Source: Octopus sinensis
Taxonomy: Eukaryota
Direction: 5' to 3'
Assembly: GCF_006345805.1 (NCBI RefSeq)
Contig: NC_042998.1
Location: 183,024,001-183,088,000, forward strand
Length of the DNA stretch: 64,000 nt
Part shown: positions 12,005-25,052 of the stretch, in pieces
How positions within the stretch are numbered: position 1 is the stretch's first letter
How the letters are laid out: each line of letters opens with the position of its first letter
Program-made: the position numbers and the translations under genes
The notes under the pieces: generated by a model
What the model was told of the DNA's origin: nothing
Database searches by the model: none
The model's input: only the letters and a program-made list of their open reading frames with translations

Positions 12005-12226
12005 GTAAGTAATATAAGAAACCAGACAAATTTCAGTATTATTGGTTTGCGTGTAGACAACTTTAATATTTAGATTGAACATTGTTGTCAACTTTTGCTT
12101 TGTGTTATCATACTTCACTAATGAAATGTTATGTCTGAACTGGCCAAGTTGTGCTACCTTACAAATGTGTGTGTGTGCTTTATTATATATCTGTATATAT
12201 ACACACACATATATATATATATATAT

Positions 12227-12258
<32 letters not shown>

Positions 12259-12269
12259 ATATATATACA

Positions 12270-12540
12270 CCAGAGTAAGCACATAAATGTGAAACAAGGT
12301 GGAAAAAAGAGTACTCAAATACCAGAGGTAGAGTAATATGCTTTATTTAAAAGCAGCAGAAATATAACAAAAGCTGTTACTCAGAGTTTCACGTTCCCAT
12401 TTGTCGGACAGTTTTGTTAAAATAGAACAGAAATAACAATTTTATTGTTAAAATTGTTATTTCAACAAAACTGTCTGATGAATGGGAACGTGAAACTCTG
12501 AGTAACAGCTTTTGTTATATTTCTGCTGCTTTTAAATAAA

Positions 12541-12545
<5 letters not shown>
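12270..12545. mobile_element. Hairpin element of a second Penelope-like family, with a hammerhead in each arm
   Basis: 77-bp inverted arms (12342-12418 / 12464-12540) plus an inner perfect 15-bp stem (12430-12444 / 12449-12463). Confidence 0.7.
12464..12516 (+). ncRNA. Minimal type I hammerhead ribozyme motif
   Basis: aacaaaaCTGT-CTGATGA-ATG(ggaa)CGT-GAAA-CT(ctg)AG-TA^-ACAG c ttttgtt. Canonical core with an 11-bp bulged stem I; predicted cut after 12504. Confidence 0.75.
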
Positions 12546-12574
<29 letters not shown>

Positions 12575-12578
<4 letters not shown>

Positions 12579-14637
12579 TCATCATCATCACCGTCACCCT
12601 TTAACATCCGTCTTCCATACTGGCATGGTTTGGATGGTTTGACCAGAGCTGACAAGCCGGAGAGCAGCAACAGGTTCCAATCTGATTTGGCTTGGTTTTT
12701 ATGACTGTATGCCCTTCCTAACACCAACCACTTTACAGTATGTGCTGGGTGATTTTAACATGACACCAGCACAGGCGCTTTTGCATGGCACTGGTGTGAA
12801 TGTTTTTTACATAGCACTGGCATAGGACCCTTATAAGTCAATCCTCTTCACCAGGGGATGCAGCTTTAACACTTCTGCTGTGGAGGACAGGTCTTCTCAA
12901 GTAGAGCAAGGCTCCAAGAATCTCAGTCTTTTGCCATTTCATTTGAAAGTTCAGCTGGGTCTCCTTCTTCCATGAGTTTCATTTACTTTGAGAGATCAGC
13001 ACTTTATGGAATTGTCAGCATCCATCCATATCATATGACCAAACAAGTGCATCTAATTCTTCTTATGCCTAACTTCTCACTCAATATACTCTGTCAAACA
13101 TGTACACTTACATTACACATCCAGCAGAGCATAAGAGCCTCATTCCTCTCTAGCCTTCACATCTACTCTGCATTCAAGGCCAACATCTCACTACCATGTA
13201 GAATGGCTATATAATCATCATCATCATCATCATCAACTTCATAATCTTTTAATGTCCATTTTCCATGCTGGTATTTGTTGGACAGTTTGACTGAAAACTG
13301 GTAAGCTAGGGAACTGCACCAGATTCCAGTCTGATTCGGCATGGTTTCTATGGCTGAAAGCCCTTCTTAATGCCAACCATTCCAAGAGGGTATATATGCC
13401 ATCTGCACAGGTGCCAGTTATGTAACACTACCATCAATCACGACTACAATTTCACTTGACTTGAGAGGCCTTCTGTAGCACAGTATATCGCCAAAGGTCT
13501 CAGTAACTTGTCACTGCCTCTGTGAGGTATAATGTTCAAACGGTGCTTTTTACATGCAACTGTCACCGGTGCCAGTTATGTGACACCAGCATCAGTCATG
13601 GCTTTGATTTCACTTGGCTTGATGAGTCTTCTCACACATTGCATATTGCCCAACGTTCGAAGGGTGCTTTTTATGTGTCAGTTACATGACTCTAGCATCA
13701 GCTACAACTAAGATTTCGCTTGCCTTGACATCATTCAATGTTTGAAGGGTGCCTTTTACATGCCAGTTATGCAATATTGGCATTGACCATGACTGTGATT
13801 TCACTTGGCTGGATAAGTCTTCTCAAGCACAGCATATCACCAGAGGTCTCAGTCACTTGTCATTGCCTCCGTGAGGCCCAACATTCAAAGATCATGCTTC
13901 ACCACCTCATCTCATGTCTTCCTGGGTCTACCTCTTCCACAGGTTCCCTCTACCATTAGAGTTTGGCACTTTTTTACACAGCTGTCCTCATCCATACGCA
14001 TCCACACAGACATCCAGTGAAGCCTACTAGCTTCATTTCTTTGAAGTTTATGCATGTCCTTGGTGGTCATAGCCCATGCTTCACTGCAGTGTAGCATGGC
14101 TATTTGCACAGGCATCATACAATCTGTCACTCTCAGAGAGAGGCCCTTTGTTACCAACAGAGGTAGGAGTTCTCTGAACTTTGCCCAGCCTATTCTTATT
14201 CTGGCAGCTGCACTCTTGAAGTATCTACCCCTGCTACTGACTTGGTCACCTAATAAATGGAAGCTATCAACTACTTCTAGTTTTCCCTCCTGGCAGTTAA
14301 TGGCAGTTCCCTCTTGTACATTTTTAGTGTTAATTGTATTTGCGCACCTTCCACACACAAAAGCTATTTTTCCTGTTAACCTTCTGATATTGCTGCCCCT
14401 CTTATGCATCCATAGCTTACATTGGGTACATTTTATGGAGTTTTTGTACCTATGCCTTTTCTACAGATTGAGTAAGGCCATCTATTTGAGGGGATTTGTG
14501 ATTTGTCTGCTCTCCTACTTACTAAGACTTTGGTTTCTGCTAGATTAAATCTAAGGTCTTTTGATCCTAGACTTTGCTTCCACATCTGAAATTTCTTCTC
14601 TAGTCCTGTTAATGATTCAGCTATAAAAATGACATAG
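12575..14637 (-). mobile_element. Two consecutive RTE fragments; the second runs from the 3' end into the RT domain with a Cys-rich insert
   Basis: (CAT)n tails at ~12577 and ~13217. Minus-strand CGRC..EVVDSFHLLGDQV..ARIRIGWAKFRELLPLL and IAESLTGLEKKFQMWKQSL..FNLAETKVLV. Confidence 0.85.
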
Positions 14638-14815
14638 AAAAATACCTTAGGAATGAGAACACAGGTTCGAAATTTCCCCAAGACACCTGAAGAAGGCTGG
14701 AGGGTGTATCAGCTGAAACATTGTGTTAACAACAAATGAGATGAGGACAAATATCCATCAATTGTAAATAATGTAAATAATGTACATAATTCCTCATCTC
14801 TTAAATATAGAACTA
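14638..14815 (+). mobile_element. Penelope-like element terminal fragment with degenerate hammerhead motif
   Basis: ACAC-CTGAAGA-A-GGCTG(gagggtgtat)CAGCT-GAAAC-AT-T-GTGT at 14683-14726. Collinear with 1625-1765. Confidence 0.6.
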
Positions 14816-16097
14816 CAATTGGAAATGTTGATAGCAGAAAACTGATGCAATGGAACAACATATATCAGGCTTGGAATTTTTCCTGAATAAATATTCACTA
14901 AGTTGGAGGAGTAGAATTGAAGTGAAGTTTCATACTCCACATGTATTGAGTTCTCTCTTTCCTTTCCCAGCTATTTTGATAATGAATCAACAAATAAAGA
15001 ACGATTGTCAGTGGGAAACTTTCACCAATCTTTAACAAATCTAAACTGTTAAATATTTGCTTACTGTTAAGCAGAGGTTTATAGACCATCACTGTAAATC
15101 ACAACCTGAAGCCCATCTATTAATTGCTTCTACACCATTATTTTTTGATAATCACAACACATCACATTAGTGATAATGAATATCATTGTATTTTCCTATT
15201 TAAAAAAATAAGGAAACAAATATTTGTTATTCTCAATTGATATAAATGGCTCAGTACAAGTTTTTAACCTTCATTAACTATTGGTTTTTGTCTTGGAAAA
15301 TAATTGAAATTTTTTTTTTAAATCAATATGAGTTATAGGTTCTTATAAATCTTTATTTTAATGATTCGAAATGGACATTTTTTTGTTAAAGAAAATCTCT
15401 GTCAAAATTTTTTATCTGCAGAGCAAAATAATGAATGGCGATAGTAATTTATTTGTCTACAATTTCTCTTCATCGAGACTTAGATGTCAACTCAGATTCA
15501 TTTATGCACATATTTATCCATGAGCTTACTGATTCACAGATGACGTTTTAGAGGAATACTAAAACAAGATGTATAAAATACTTTAACAGGGTTAAACCAT
15601 TTAGTTTTAACATTTGTTTCTTATGCTAGCATAGCTTAGACAGGAGGAAATCAAGGCAGGATATTTATGGCCACTTGCCTTTCCTGTCACAAACCTTCAA
15701 GTAAGGAATTTTTAATATTCCAGAGAAATTTGTAAGTGCACAACTAGTGAATGATTTGTTGATCAGAAATGTCAACAAACACCAAAAGAGTTACCAAACT
15801 TCTAGATGGGTCAGGGAACAACATCTTGCTTGTTCTGTTTTCATTTCTGCTTGGTTTCTATAGTTGGGTGCTTTTCCTATTATTAACTTTTACGGAGCAT
15901 ATAGGATGTATTTTATCATAGTACCAGCAATAGTGTACCCAGTCAGTTAAAAGAATCTTCATCATTCAATGTTGTTTCTGTTCATTCAGGACAATGTAAC
16001 TGATAGGGTGAGTAGAAGAGAGGGTGATTGCACAAGGTGAACTAAAATGGGTGGGAGAAAGGAGAGAAAATATGGGGAAAAAAGCGATCGGAGTGAT

Positions 16098-16405
16098 CAT
16101 CATCATCATCGTTTAATGTCCGTTCTCCATGCTAGCATGGGTTGGACAGTTTGACCGGGGATCTGGGAAGTCAGAAGGCTGCACCAAGCTCCAGTCTGAT
16201 CTAGCAGTGTTTCTACAGCTGGATGCCCAACCACTCCGTGGGTGTAGTGGGTGCTTTTTACGTGCCACCGGCACAGGTGCCAGGCGAGGCTGACAACGGT
16301 CACAATCGGATTGGTGCTTTTTACATGCCACCGGCACGGAAGCCAGTCTAGGCGGTGCTGGCATCAGCCACGTTCGGATGGTGCTTTTTACATGCCACCG
16401 GCACA
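16098..16405 (-). mobile_element. RTE 3'-end copy
   Basis: (CAT)n gtttaatgtccgttctccatgctagcatggg plus tandem units. Confidence 0.8.
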
Positions 16406-19400
16406 GTATGAGAAAAGAGGAAAAGATAGTAAACACTTCTAGGTGGAGTAATGGAAGAGGAATAATAATGAGAGAGAAATTATATATATCAGAGGGTGAT
16501 GGCTGTGAGAAAGAGACATGAATGGCAACTATCTGTCTGCTGGTAAAAGAGTGTAATATATGTCAGTTGCGAAAACCTTTGAGGAGAGGGAGTAATGGCC
16601 AACAATACAGGAGTTTAAATAGATACTTTGTAACTTTGTGATGGGAATGAGAGAGAGAGAGGCACAGAGATTATGAGAGGGGTTGGATTAAGTATGGACA
16701 ATCTAAAGTTATTTATCATTCCATGGCAGCATTATACAGTGCATAGGAGAGAGGACAAATGATAGAAAGACAAGAGAGAGATGGGGGTGTAATACACACA
16801 CACAAAATGGGTAATTGAAAGCTTTGTTCTGAATATATTTTGTAAGAGGAGTGAAGTGGCAAAAGATATAAAGATAAAATGTAAAATTGAAACTGTTGCA
16901 ATTGAACAAAATGAAATAAAATGATGTATTGGAAAGATACAGAAAATGAGAAGGAAAGATGATGTTTGTTGAGGAAACATTGCAGAAGAAGATTTAAAGA
17001 GAAACAATTTAGAGGAGGTTGGTAATCTTATCAATGATGATGACAATCATTTGGAAATGCGAGGACTATGTAAATGCACTATGCATAATGTGGACAAGAG
17101 ATGAAGGGGAAATAGGGAACTGTGATACTTTTTGATTCCATGGTGATGGTTGTTGTGGTGGTGATTGGTGTAGTGATTGTTATTGTAAATGTTTCACCTT
17201 GTGTCAACACTGATTAAGCAAACCTAGGCTCAAAGACAGTACAGTGTGATGAGAATGGGAGACAGAGCTGGTGTTTCTAGCAGGTTAAACAACTATGTAG
17301 AGGCTTGCTTATTGATTCATGGTGATTATTGTAAATAGAGGTGCTGGTGGTGCTTCTGATGCTGGTGGTGTTGGTTGCTGCTGTACTGCGTTTTTTTCTT
17401 GTTACTTTATACTTATTTAACAAAGTTTCGTTCTATTTGAAACTGATAGGCTTGGAATCTATTAGAAACAGGAATTGCAGAGAAATTCTATCTTATGTAT
17501 GAAATTATGTTTGATGGAATAATGTAGTGAGATAGAAGTTTGGATGAGAAATGCAGCTCTTGGTTGACACAGTAATACAATGAGACTGAAATAGTTCAAG
17601 ACATTTCTTCATCTTCTTCTGGCAAAGAATTTGTTTGAATAACTAAACGAATCTTGTAGCTATTGAATATCTTCTTGCTGCCTCCTGTTCACAGATGGGA
17701 CAATGGAATTAGTTTCCTCTTTTTCATTTGCTATCTTTATTAGTTCTTATTTTTCATCTTCTTTTTTTTATTATTTTGCTTCTTTCTTTCCTTTTTCTTC
17801 TTTTTTTCATTTCTGTAATCTTTTCTTATTCTTTCTCTTTTTTGTTTTCTTAACTTTTTTTCTTGCCATTCTTTGTCTCATCTATAGGATCATTTACTCC
17901 AACAACTTAGTGTTTCTTATTTTATCAATTACATAGTACCTAAAGTTGCCATTTCCAATATTACCATATTAAAACTACACAAAAAGTATTCACAAACATT
18001 GGTTTAGAAAAATTATATAAGACTATATGAATGTAATTCAATCCATTCTGGAACATATGCACATACAAAGAACGGCTAACACAAGAAAAACAAGGCTAAT
18101 GATGGAAAATTTCCATAACTCACTCGAATATTAATACTCTCCTTTCTCTCCATATCTCCAATGTCTAGAATGTTGACCTAACCATAAAACACAAAACTTG
18201 ATCCTTCATAGTATCAGGTTAGATGTCATCTCTTCTAATTCTCTGTTGTAACAGATCATAAAGTTTTCATTTCTTTCTGTTGCCATTAATATCAGTTCTT
18301 TGCTAAAGAAATGGATAACAATTAATTTGAAATACATCTGGCATCCTGCTGTAGCTCATTTTTTTTTCCTATAAAATATTCATAATTAATCTTTTATCTT
18401 TCATTTACTTGTTTCAATCATCAGACTGTGGCCATGCTAGGGCACCACCTTGAAGGATTTTAGCTGAACGAATTAACTCCAATACTTTTTGGGGTTTTTT
18501 TCCATTAAAGTCTGGTACTTATTCTATCAGTTTCATTTGCCGAACTGCTAAATTATGGGCACAGAAACACACCAATGCCGGTTGTTAAGTGGTGTCAGAG
18601 GACAAACACAGATTCAAAGACACACACACACTCACACACACCACACACATATGTTCCATCACTCCTTTTCAGCCATATCCAATGACTGCCTCACTCAACT
18701 GTTGACTGGATTCCTTTTTTACTAGAACATGCAGCACAGAGTTTTGTCAGTGTACAGGTTGTGGTCTCAAAGCGATGAAAATATTTTGACAAATTAAATT
18801 TAAATGTTGAAGTGAATCTAACAGTTTTTGTGTGTTTCTTAATAGGTTTATAAACACCTTCCACACTGCAATTGTTTTTCTTCCAGCACACGATCTCAGA
18901 TCAAGTCACTCACTATTAAAGTACATCTCCGTAAACACAACAGCATTATCTGGAAAAAAATTAAACAAACTAAAAAAGAAATTGTCTTCCTTAATTGATA
19001 CCTACTTTATTGACTCGTCAAATTAATGAAGTATGTTGGGTTTTATCTTAGGTGTTCAACAAACATTTAAAGTACTTGTCTATTTCCATCTCATAATAAT
19101 TATTATGTTAAAACACTGGTAATTTTAATAGTTATGGTACCTGTTGGCGCTCTTTTCTGTCTTTCTTTGATGTTTCCTATAAAAGATATTATCTGGAGAA
19201 GCCTTCAAGCATCAACATACCTTAAGCTGTTATTTGTAGCTGGAAACTGTTCATAATTAGTAGAAAGTTATTGCGATAAAAGAAAAATGTGTTCTGTCAC
19301 GTGCTACGAAAAATATATATGTAAAGTGTGTGTGTGTGTGTGTGCGCTCTATCTTGGAATATTTGCTAATGATAGAAAGAACAATCTTACCTTTTTGATT

Positions 19401-20897
19401 AGTTCTGTGGAATTTAAGTAATTCTTATTCTTTCTGTTTATTTTGCTTTCTGTTTGTTTTTGTTTTTTTCCTCTATAAATCATTGTAAGAAAATTTTGGT
19501 AAACATAAATAAAAAAAAATGAAAAAAAAAAAAAAGAAAAGAAGATATTAAACAGCATTCTTGATTTTTACCAATTTTCCTGAGATATCTATGTTACCTA
19601 ATCCAGCTTCCTATAAATTAATCATTCCTGAGAACAGGGGAGCCAAAGTGGTGTGGGAATGAACTACTGACATTTCCAAATTACAGCTTAAGTTTAATTA
19701 ACACCTACATACCTGGTATCTATAACAATGTTGCATTTTTTCTTCTCGTTTTCCGGTGCATGTCAAACCCTCTGGGTCTGTTTTTCTTTGATTCATTTCT
19801 TTCATTTGATCCTTTACTAATCATTCTTCAACAGTTTGCTTTTTTTTACAACTTTTTTCTGTTTTTACCTTTTGTTTTCTCTTTCTTGAATCAACCATTT
19901 CCTTATTTGAAAAATGGCTCCAGAAATGTTATATGCCTGTTTTACATAACACTTGTCTTAGAGAAAGCTGCTGCTCTGGCAAATACTCCAATGTAACCAA
20001 AAACCTCTAGTATTCAAAGCATTTAAAGAAAATAACATTAGCTTTGATTTAATATCAGCAATTTTAACAAAATCAGCATCATCATCATTATCATTATTTC
20101 TATTCTGCTGTTCTTCCCTACTTCCACCTACTTTTTTTATATAGCCAGTCATTTCTTACTCTCCCCTACCTTCCACTATTTCCTACAGCCACCCGTCAAC
20201 CCTACCCATTCATTACAGCTGTCACCTACTCTTCCCTATCTTTCCATCATTTCCCACCATTCCATGCTGCTATGGGTTGGATATGTTTGCATGTCACCAA
20301 CATTCTAATCTGTAATGTTCAATAGCACAAGATCTCATTGTACAACCACTTTCTATATATTTATCTGTTACATGTCCCTTCCAGTACTACCATTGGCCAC
20401 TTTTTAACCTATCATTGTCCATTTGCATCATATGTCCATACCATTACAGTAATTTCTTCTACTCACATTAGCTAATGCCTTTAATATCTAGCTATTTTGC
20501 CAACCTATATTCTATTCCTAATGTAATTAACTATCATTCACCCATCTGAACATGTTCACCTTAATTCTCTTCATCTTCTACATACATTCAGCATTCACTG
20601 GCATGTTTCATTCACTACCTTCTCATTACTGAATGAGGTAAAACAAGTTAACAAGAGAACCTCTAGAAATAATAGCTAAATCTCTCTCCAATCATTTTCT
20701 ACCATCTTAAGCAAAAAAGATCATATTAAATGATGTAGTTTCAAATACCGCTAAAAACATGGGATGCTATGGCTGGAACGCCTTGATCATATATTTACCC
20801 TGGGGCTAAACAGCAATAGAAGTCATACTCTTTTGAAGTCTTCCCCTAGTTTCTTGCTCCAGCTACTATATTACCACAAAGGCATTTATGTATTTTA

Positions 20898-21112
20898 GGT
20901 GACAAGCTGGCAGAATCATTAGCATGCCAGGCAAAGTACTTAGTGGTATTTCATCCTTCTTTACATTTCTGTGTTCAAATTCTGCCGGGGTTGACTTTGC
21001 CTTTCATCCTTTCGGGGTTGATAAAATAAGTACCACTTGAGCACTGGGGTCAATGTAATTAACTTACCCCCTCCCCTAAAATTGCAGTCCTTGTGCCTAA
21101 ATTTGAAACCAA
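20898..21112 (+). mobile_element. SINE family A, older copy
   Basis: Same head and core as 9726. Confidence 0.75.
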
Positions 21113-21769
21113 TATACTTATGTATTTTAACATGTCTCTAGCCTAACGCTCCACTTATTAGCTTTTCACTGAACAGACATTTTCTGAAAGAACACTCTTC
21201 ACATTATTTGAAGGGCATAAAAACACACTTAGAAGCAGCTGTAGTAGAAAGTAGTTAAAACAAACTTGATATTACATGGCTGGCATGATATTGGTTCACT
21301 GATTTTTATTTTTTTTTGTTTTTGTTAGAATATCTTTACCAGCATCAGCATCATCACCATTATCATCATCACCACTAATTCCACTGCCACTAATCTAATG
21401 TCTTGTTTTTGTTGTTTTGCTCCAAGTCAGCTCTGTTCAAGATCTATGATCAAATGTGTTACAGTCTTTTTTTCTTCTTTTTTCCAATATACAGTTTAAC
21501 TGGGACTACATTACCCTTTTTTTTTAAGATGATAGAGTGTTCTTTGGGGAAGATTTGCTTTCTATTTCTAGCAGAGTAATTTATCACATAGTTGGTCCCT
21601 CATTTAATCAACTAATATCTATGTTCCTGTGTTTGGTAGAGGGCTTCAAATTGATTTTGTATTGCATTTAAAAGTAAAAGTAAACTAATCCGTCATCTTT
21701 TTCAACATTAAATATTCCAGTTGTTCAATCAACTCATTAAATTATAAATTTTTTGTCTTTCTAATTTTG

Positions 21770-21972
21770 TTTCTAATTTTGGCACAAGGACAGCAGTTTG
21801 GAGGGGGAAAGGCAAGCTGAGTACATCAACTCCAGTACTTCACTGGTATTTATTTTATTTATCCCCAAAAGGATGAAAGACAAAAATCTAACTCAGTGGA
21901 ATTTGAACTCAGAACATAATGAATCATACTGCAATGCATTTCCTCCATGCTAACAATTCTGCCAGCTCACTG
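21770..21972 (-). mobile_element. SINE family A, diverged copy
   Basis: aaaggatgaaagacaaaa..gaatttgaactcagaac..ctgccagctc. Confidence 0.7.
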
Positions 21973-23349
21973 CCTTATTACATTATACCACATTAATTAT
22001 ATGGTATTATTATAATGCAAATGATTGAGTATTCCATAAGTACATGAATCCTTAAAGAAATCTTCATACAGGATCAACATACTATAGTGCATGGCTAGGT
22101 TGGCCCTTTGAATTACAAAAACAATCAATCTGATTGGCTTCTGCCGGTTTCTATCTACCCATTTTCTTTTACAAGGCTTGGGTTGATCCAAGGTTATGGT
22201 AAAAGACACTTGCCCAAAATGGAACCTCAGAATTGCAAAGCAAGCTTCTTAGCCAATCACTTGTACCTATAGCCATTTGGAATCTATTAACAAACTATGT
22301 TGCATTTATCTGAATACATACACTTGCACTCTATTATTCTCACCTTCTTGACGAATTATTCCTGTAAATTTCTTTATATGTACATACAAGGTGAAGTAAC
22401 AAGTAGTTGTGTACATCAGCAAACTATTGCTACAAAATTAATATTCCGCTTTCTTACACACACACACACATGCACACACTCTTTTACACTTCTATTACAC
22501 ATTTCCATTACAAGTTTTCTGTTTGAGTGTTTGTTGTATGAAAAATACATAAAAACATACACACATGCATTCATTTGTATATGTAATTAAAACAATCATG
22601 TGTCTCTGTCATATTTTCATTTCCTTTCTCTCTCCCCCATATCCATCCATCCATCCATCCAAAGTAGCTAAAAATGTTTTTGTCATCTACTTAGAAATAT
22701 AAGCTCATGCATCCTAATGTTCCATGAAATCACTATTTTTCTCTTTTATGCTCTGTTCTTCATTTCCGCTCTCTCTCAGACCACCCAAATATGATTCCTA
22801 ACTTCACTACAACATAAAATATCAATTTTTAATTCATTATTCTACTTTATACACACTCTCTTTTTCCTTGCCTCTCTTGGACAATACTCTAAAATATCAC
22901 CACATTATCATTGTTAGCCCACAGACCCATCTTCAGTAAAAACATTTTAGCCATACACATCTCATGTATTTTTTTATTTTTACCTGATGTAAAATAACTT
23001 GGACTATGGAAGATTTTAAGACTACAGAAATGATTTGAGGGAAATTGGTTGAAATTTTTTATTTGGTTAGCCAACCTTGAGGAGGTACCCCATTGGCTTG
23101 TCACAAAGGTAAAACTGCAGGGGTTTCAATTATAAATAACTAGTCGGTAATTTGGCATATAAATTATTCCTCACAGTGAGTAGTAAAAGAGTATAGTGCC
23201 AAAGTTTGTAAGAAACCACTTATTAGTAATTCTGTTGTTTGTCTTTCAGTGACAGACAGACAAATAACAGTGTTAAAGTGTCAGTGTGTTTTTACTGTTA
23301 ACACATTTATTACATTTTTACTCTTCAATGTTCTTGGTTTCTATTTCAG

Positions 23350-23502
23350 ATTCAGCAGGCAGATGCATGTTTGGTGCTAGCAAATAAATACTGTGATGAT
23401 CCTGACCAAGAAGATGCTGCAAACATCATGAGAGTAATCTCAATCAAGAATTATCATTCAGAGATTAAAGTTATTGTCCAGCTGTTGCAGTATCACAACA
23501 AG
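23350..23502 (+). CDS. slo: Slo1 exon: [51 protein letters not shown]
   Basis: tatttcag acceptor and AAG|gtaatc donor. 51 codons, phase 0-0, matching the Slo1 ADACLxLANKYC..[15 protein letters not shown]..QYHNK exon. Confidence 0.98.
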
Positions 23503-23820
23503 GTAATCCATCTTCCAATCATGCATATCAATCATCATTACTATTGCCATCTTCATCATCGTTGTCATCATCATCATCATCATCATCATCATATATCATT
23601 CTCTACTGGGATGGGTTGGATAGGTTGTCATGGTCTGAATAAGTTGTTGGTCAAGTATAATTATGGCTTTGCTTTGGGCCTCAACTTCTGTTGAAGCTAT
23701 AGTGGATTGGTCATGACATACAACATTTCTTGAGAATTTAAAACTTAGCAGAGCCCATCCCTCTCCAACCAATTTCTTCAAGAAAGTGAGACAGGCACAC
23801 AAAAAGAAAAAGGACTGGTA

Positions 23821-24053
23821 TATTTCTTTATTGCTCACAAGGGGCTAAACATAGAGGGGACAAACAAGGACAGACAAAGGGATTAAGTCGATTAGATCGA
23901 CCCCAGTGCGTAACTGGTACTTTATTTATTGACCCCGAAAGGATGAAAGACAAAGTCGACCTCGGCGGAATTTGAACTCAGAAAGTAATTGCAGACAAAA
24001 TACCGCTAAGCATTTCACTCGGTGCGCTAACGTTTCTGCCAGCTCACCACCTT
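23821..24053 (-). mobile_element. SINE family A
   Basis: Full-length reverse copy, followed by a more diverged partial copy to ~24195. Confidence 0.85.
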
Positions 24054-24977
24054 TAAGACAAAGGACTGATAGTTACCAACCCTGAAAGGATGAACAACAA
24101 AGTTGTCTACAGTAGTATTTGAACTCAGAGCACAGAGAGTTAGAACAAATCCTGCTAGGCAATCTATTGAACTTTCTGTTGACTCTGCCAGCTTATTTTT
24201 GTTTTCTAAGTGCAATGCCTTAATTACTCATGTACCTACCAGCCTTTAATGAGTGTTTTTAATTTATATTTCTGACTTTCAGAAGCGAAAGCTCAATAAG
24301 TTTTCATAGGTGTTAAATTTGGAACCATGAAACTTTGTTTGACTAAAATGATTGGTCCCTCTTTTGCTTTAACCCTTGTCACATCGATGTAACATCACCA
24401 ATCTTAGTCTTTTCTGTCGTTATTGCCACAGGAAGTGCTCTGATGGACTTTCTCTCGTAATTCCAGATCACTTTGTGCCATCTTGCCTGGCTCAAAATTT
24501 ACACCATCTTCATTCACATGTTACTGTGCTTCCACAAATAAGGAAGATTTTTTTACTCTTGAAGCTTTTTCCTCAAACTTCTTAACTTTGGAACTTTTTT
24601 CCATCTCATTGTTTTCCTCCTTCTTATGATATGATCTCTTTCAAATCTAAAGTAAATTTATTACTTTTGTCTTAATTTCTCCTTCTTCACAGTCCCTTAT
24701 ACTAAGTGGCTTCTCTATTTGGAACTTTCTGAAGAAAAAAGAAAAGAATTTCTATTGAAATTGGCATTTCCAAATATTTATCTCTGTGCACCTATAAGAA
24801 AGAGTTGGAGATAGTACTGCTAAGTTCATGGGATGCCAGATTGCCAGTCACAGTATCCATGAGGCCAACGTCTCATCATCAGATTACAATACATAAACAA
24901 AGGCACTGTTTTGTTGTTTTTTTTCCGAGTGGTGTCAATACAAAAAAAAAGGCACTGAGGCACTTTAAGACAAATAA

Positions 24978-25015
<38 letters not shown>

Positions 25016-25018
25016 CTT

Positions 25019-25052
<34 letters not shown>

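Noticed and set aside
17600-18360. Possible ancient LINE endonuclease relic on the minus strand (ENFYDLLQQRI)
   Set aside because: Too degenerate to support by eye; needs a profile search.
23002-23108. Possible duplicate of the PDLELEGL exon ending AAG|gtaaaa
   Set aside because: In-frame TGA at 23031 and no peptide similarity.
23503-23694. ORF extension past YHNK (His-rich) and past SYKP (25551-25586)
   Set aside because: Read-through into introns beyond canonical donors; the His run is a (CAT)n repeat.
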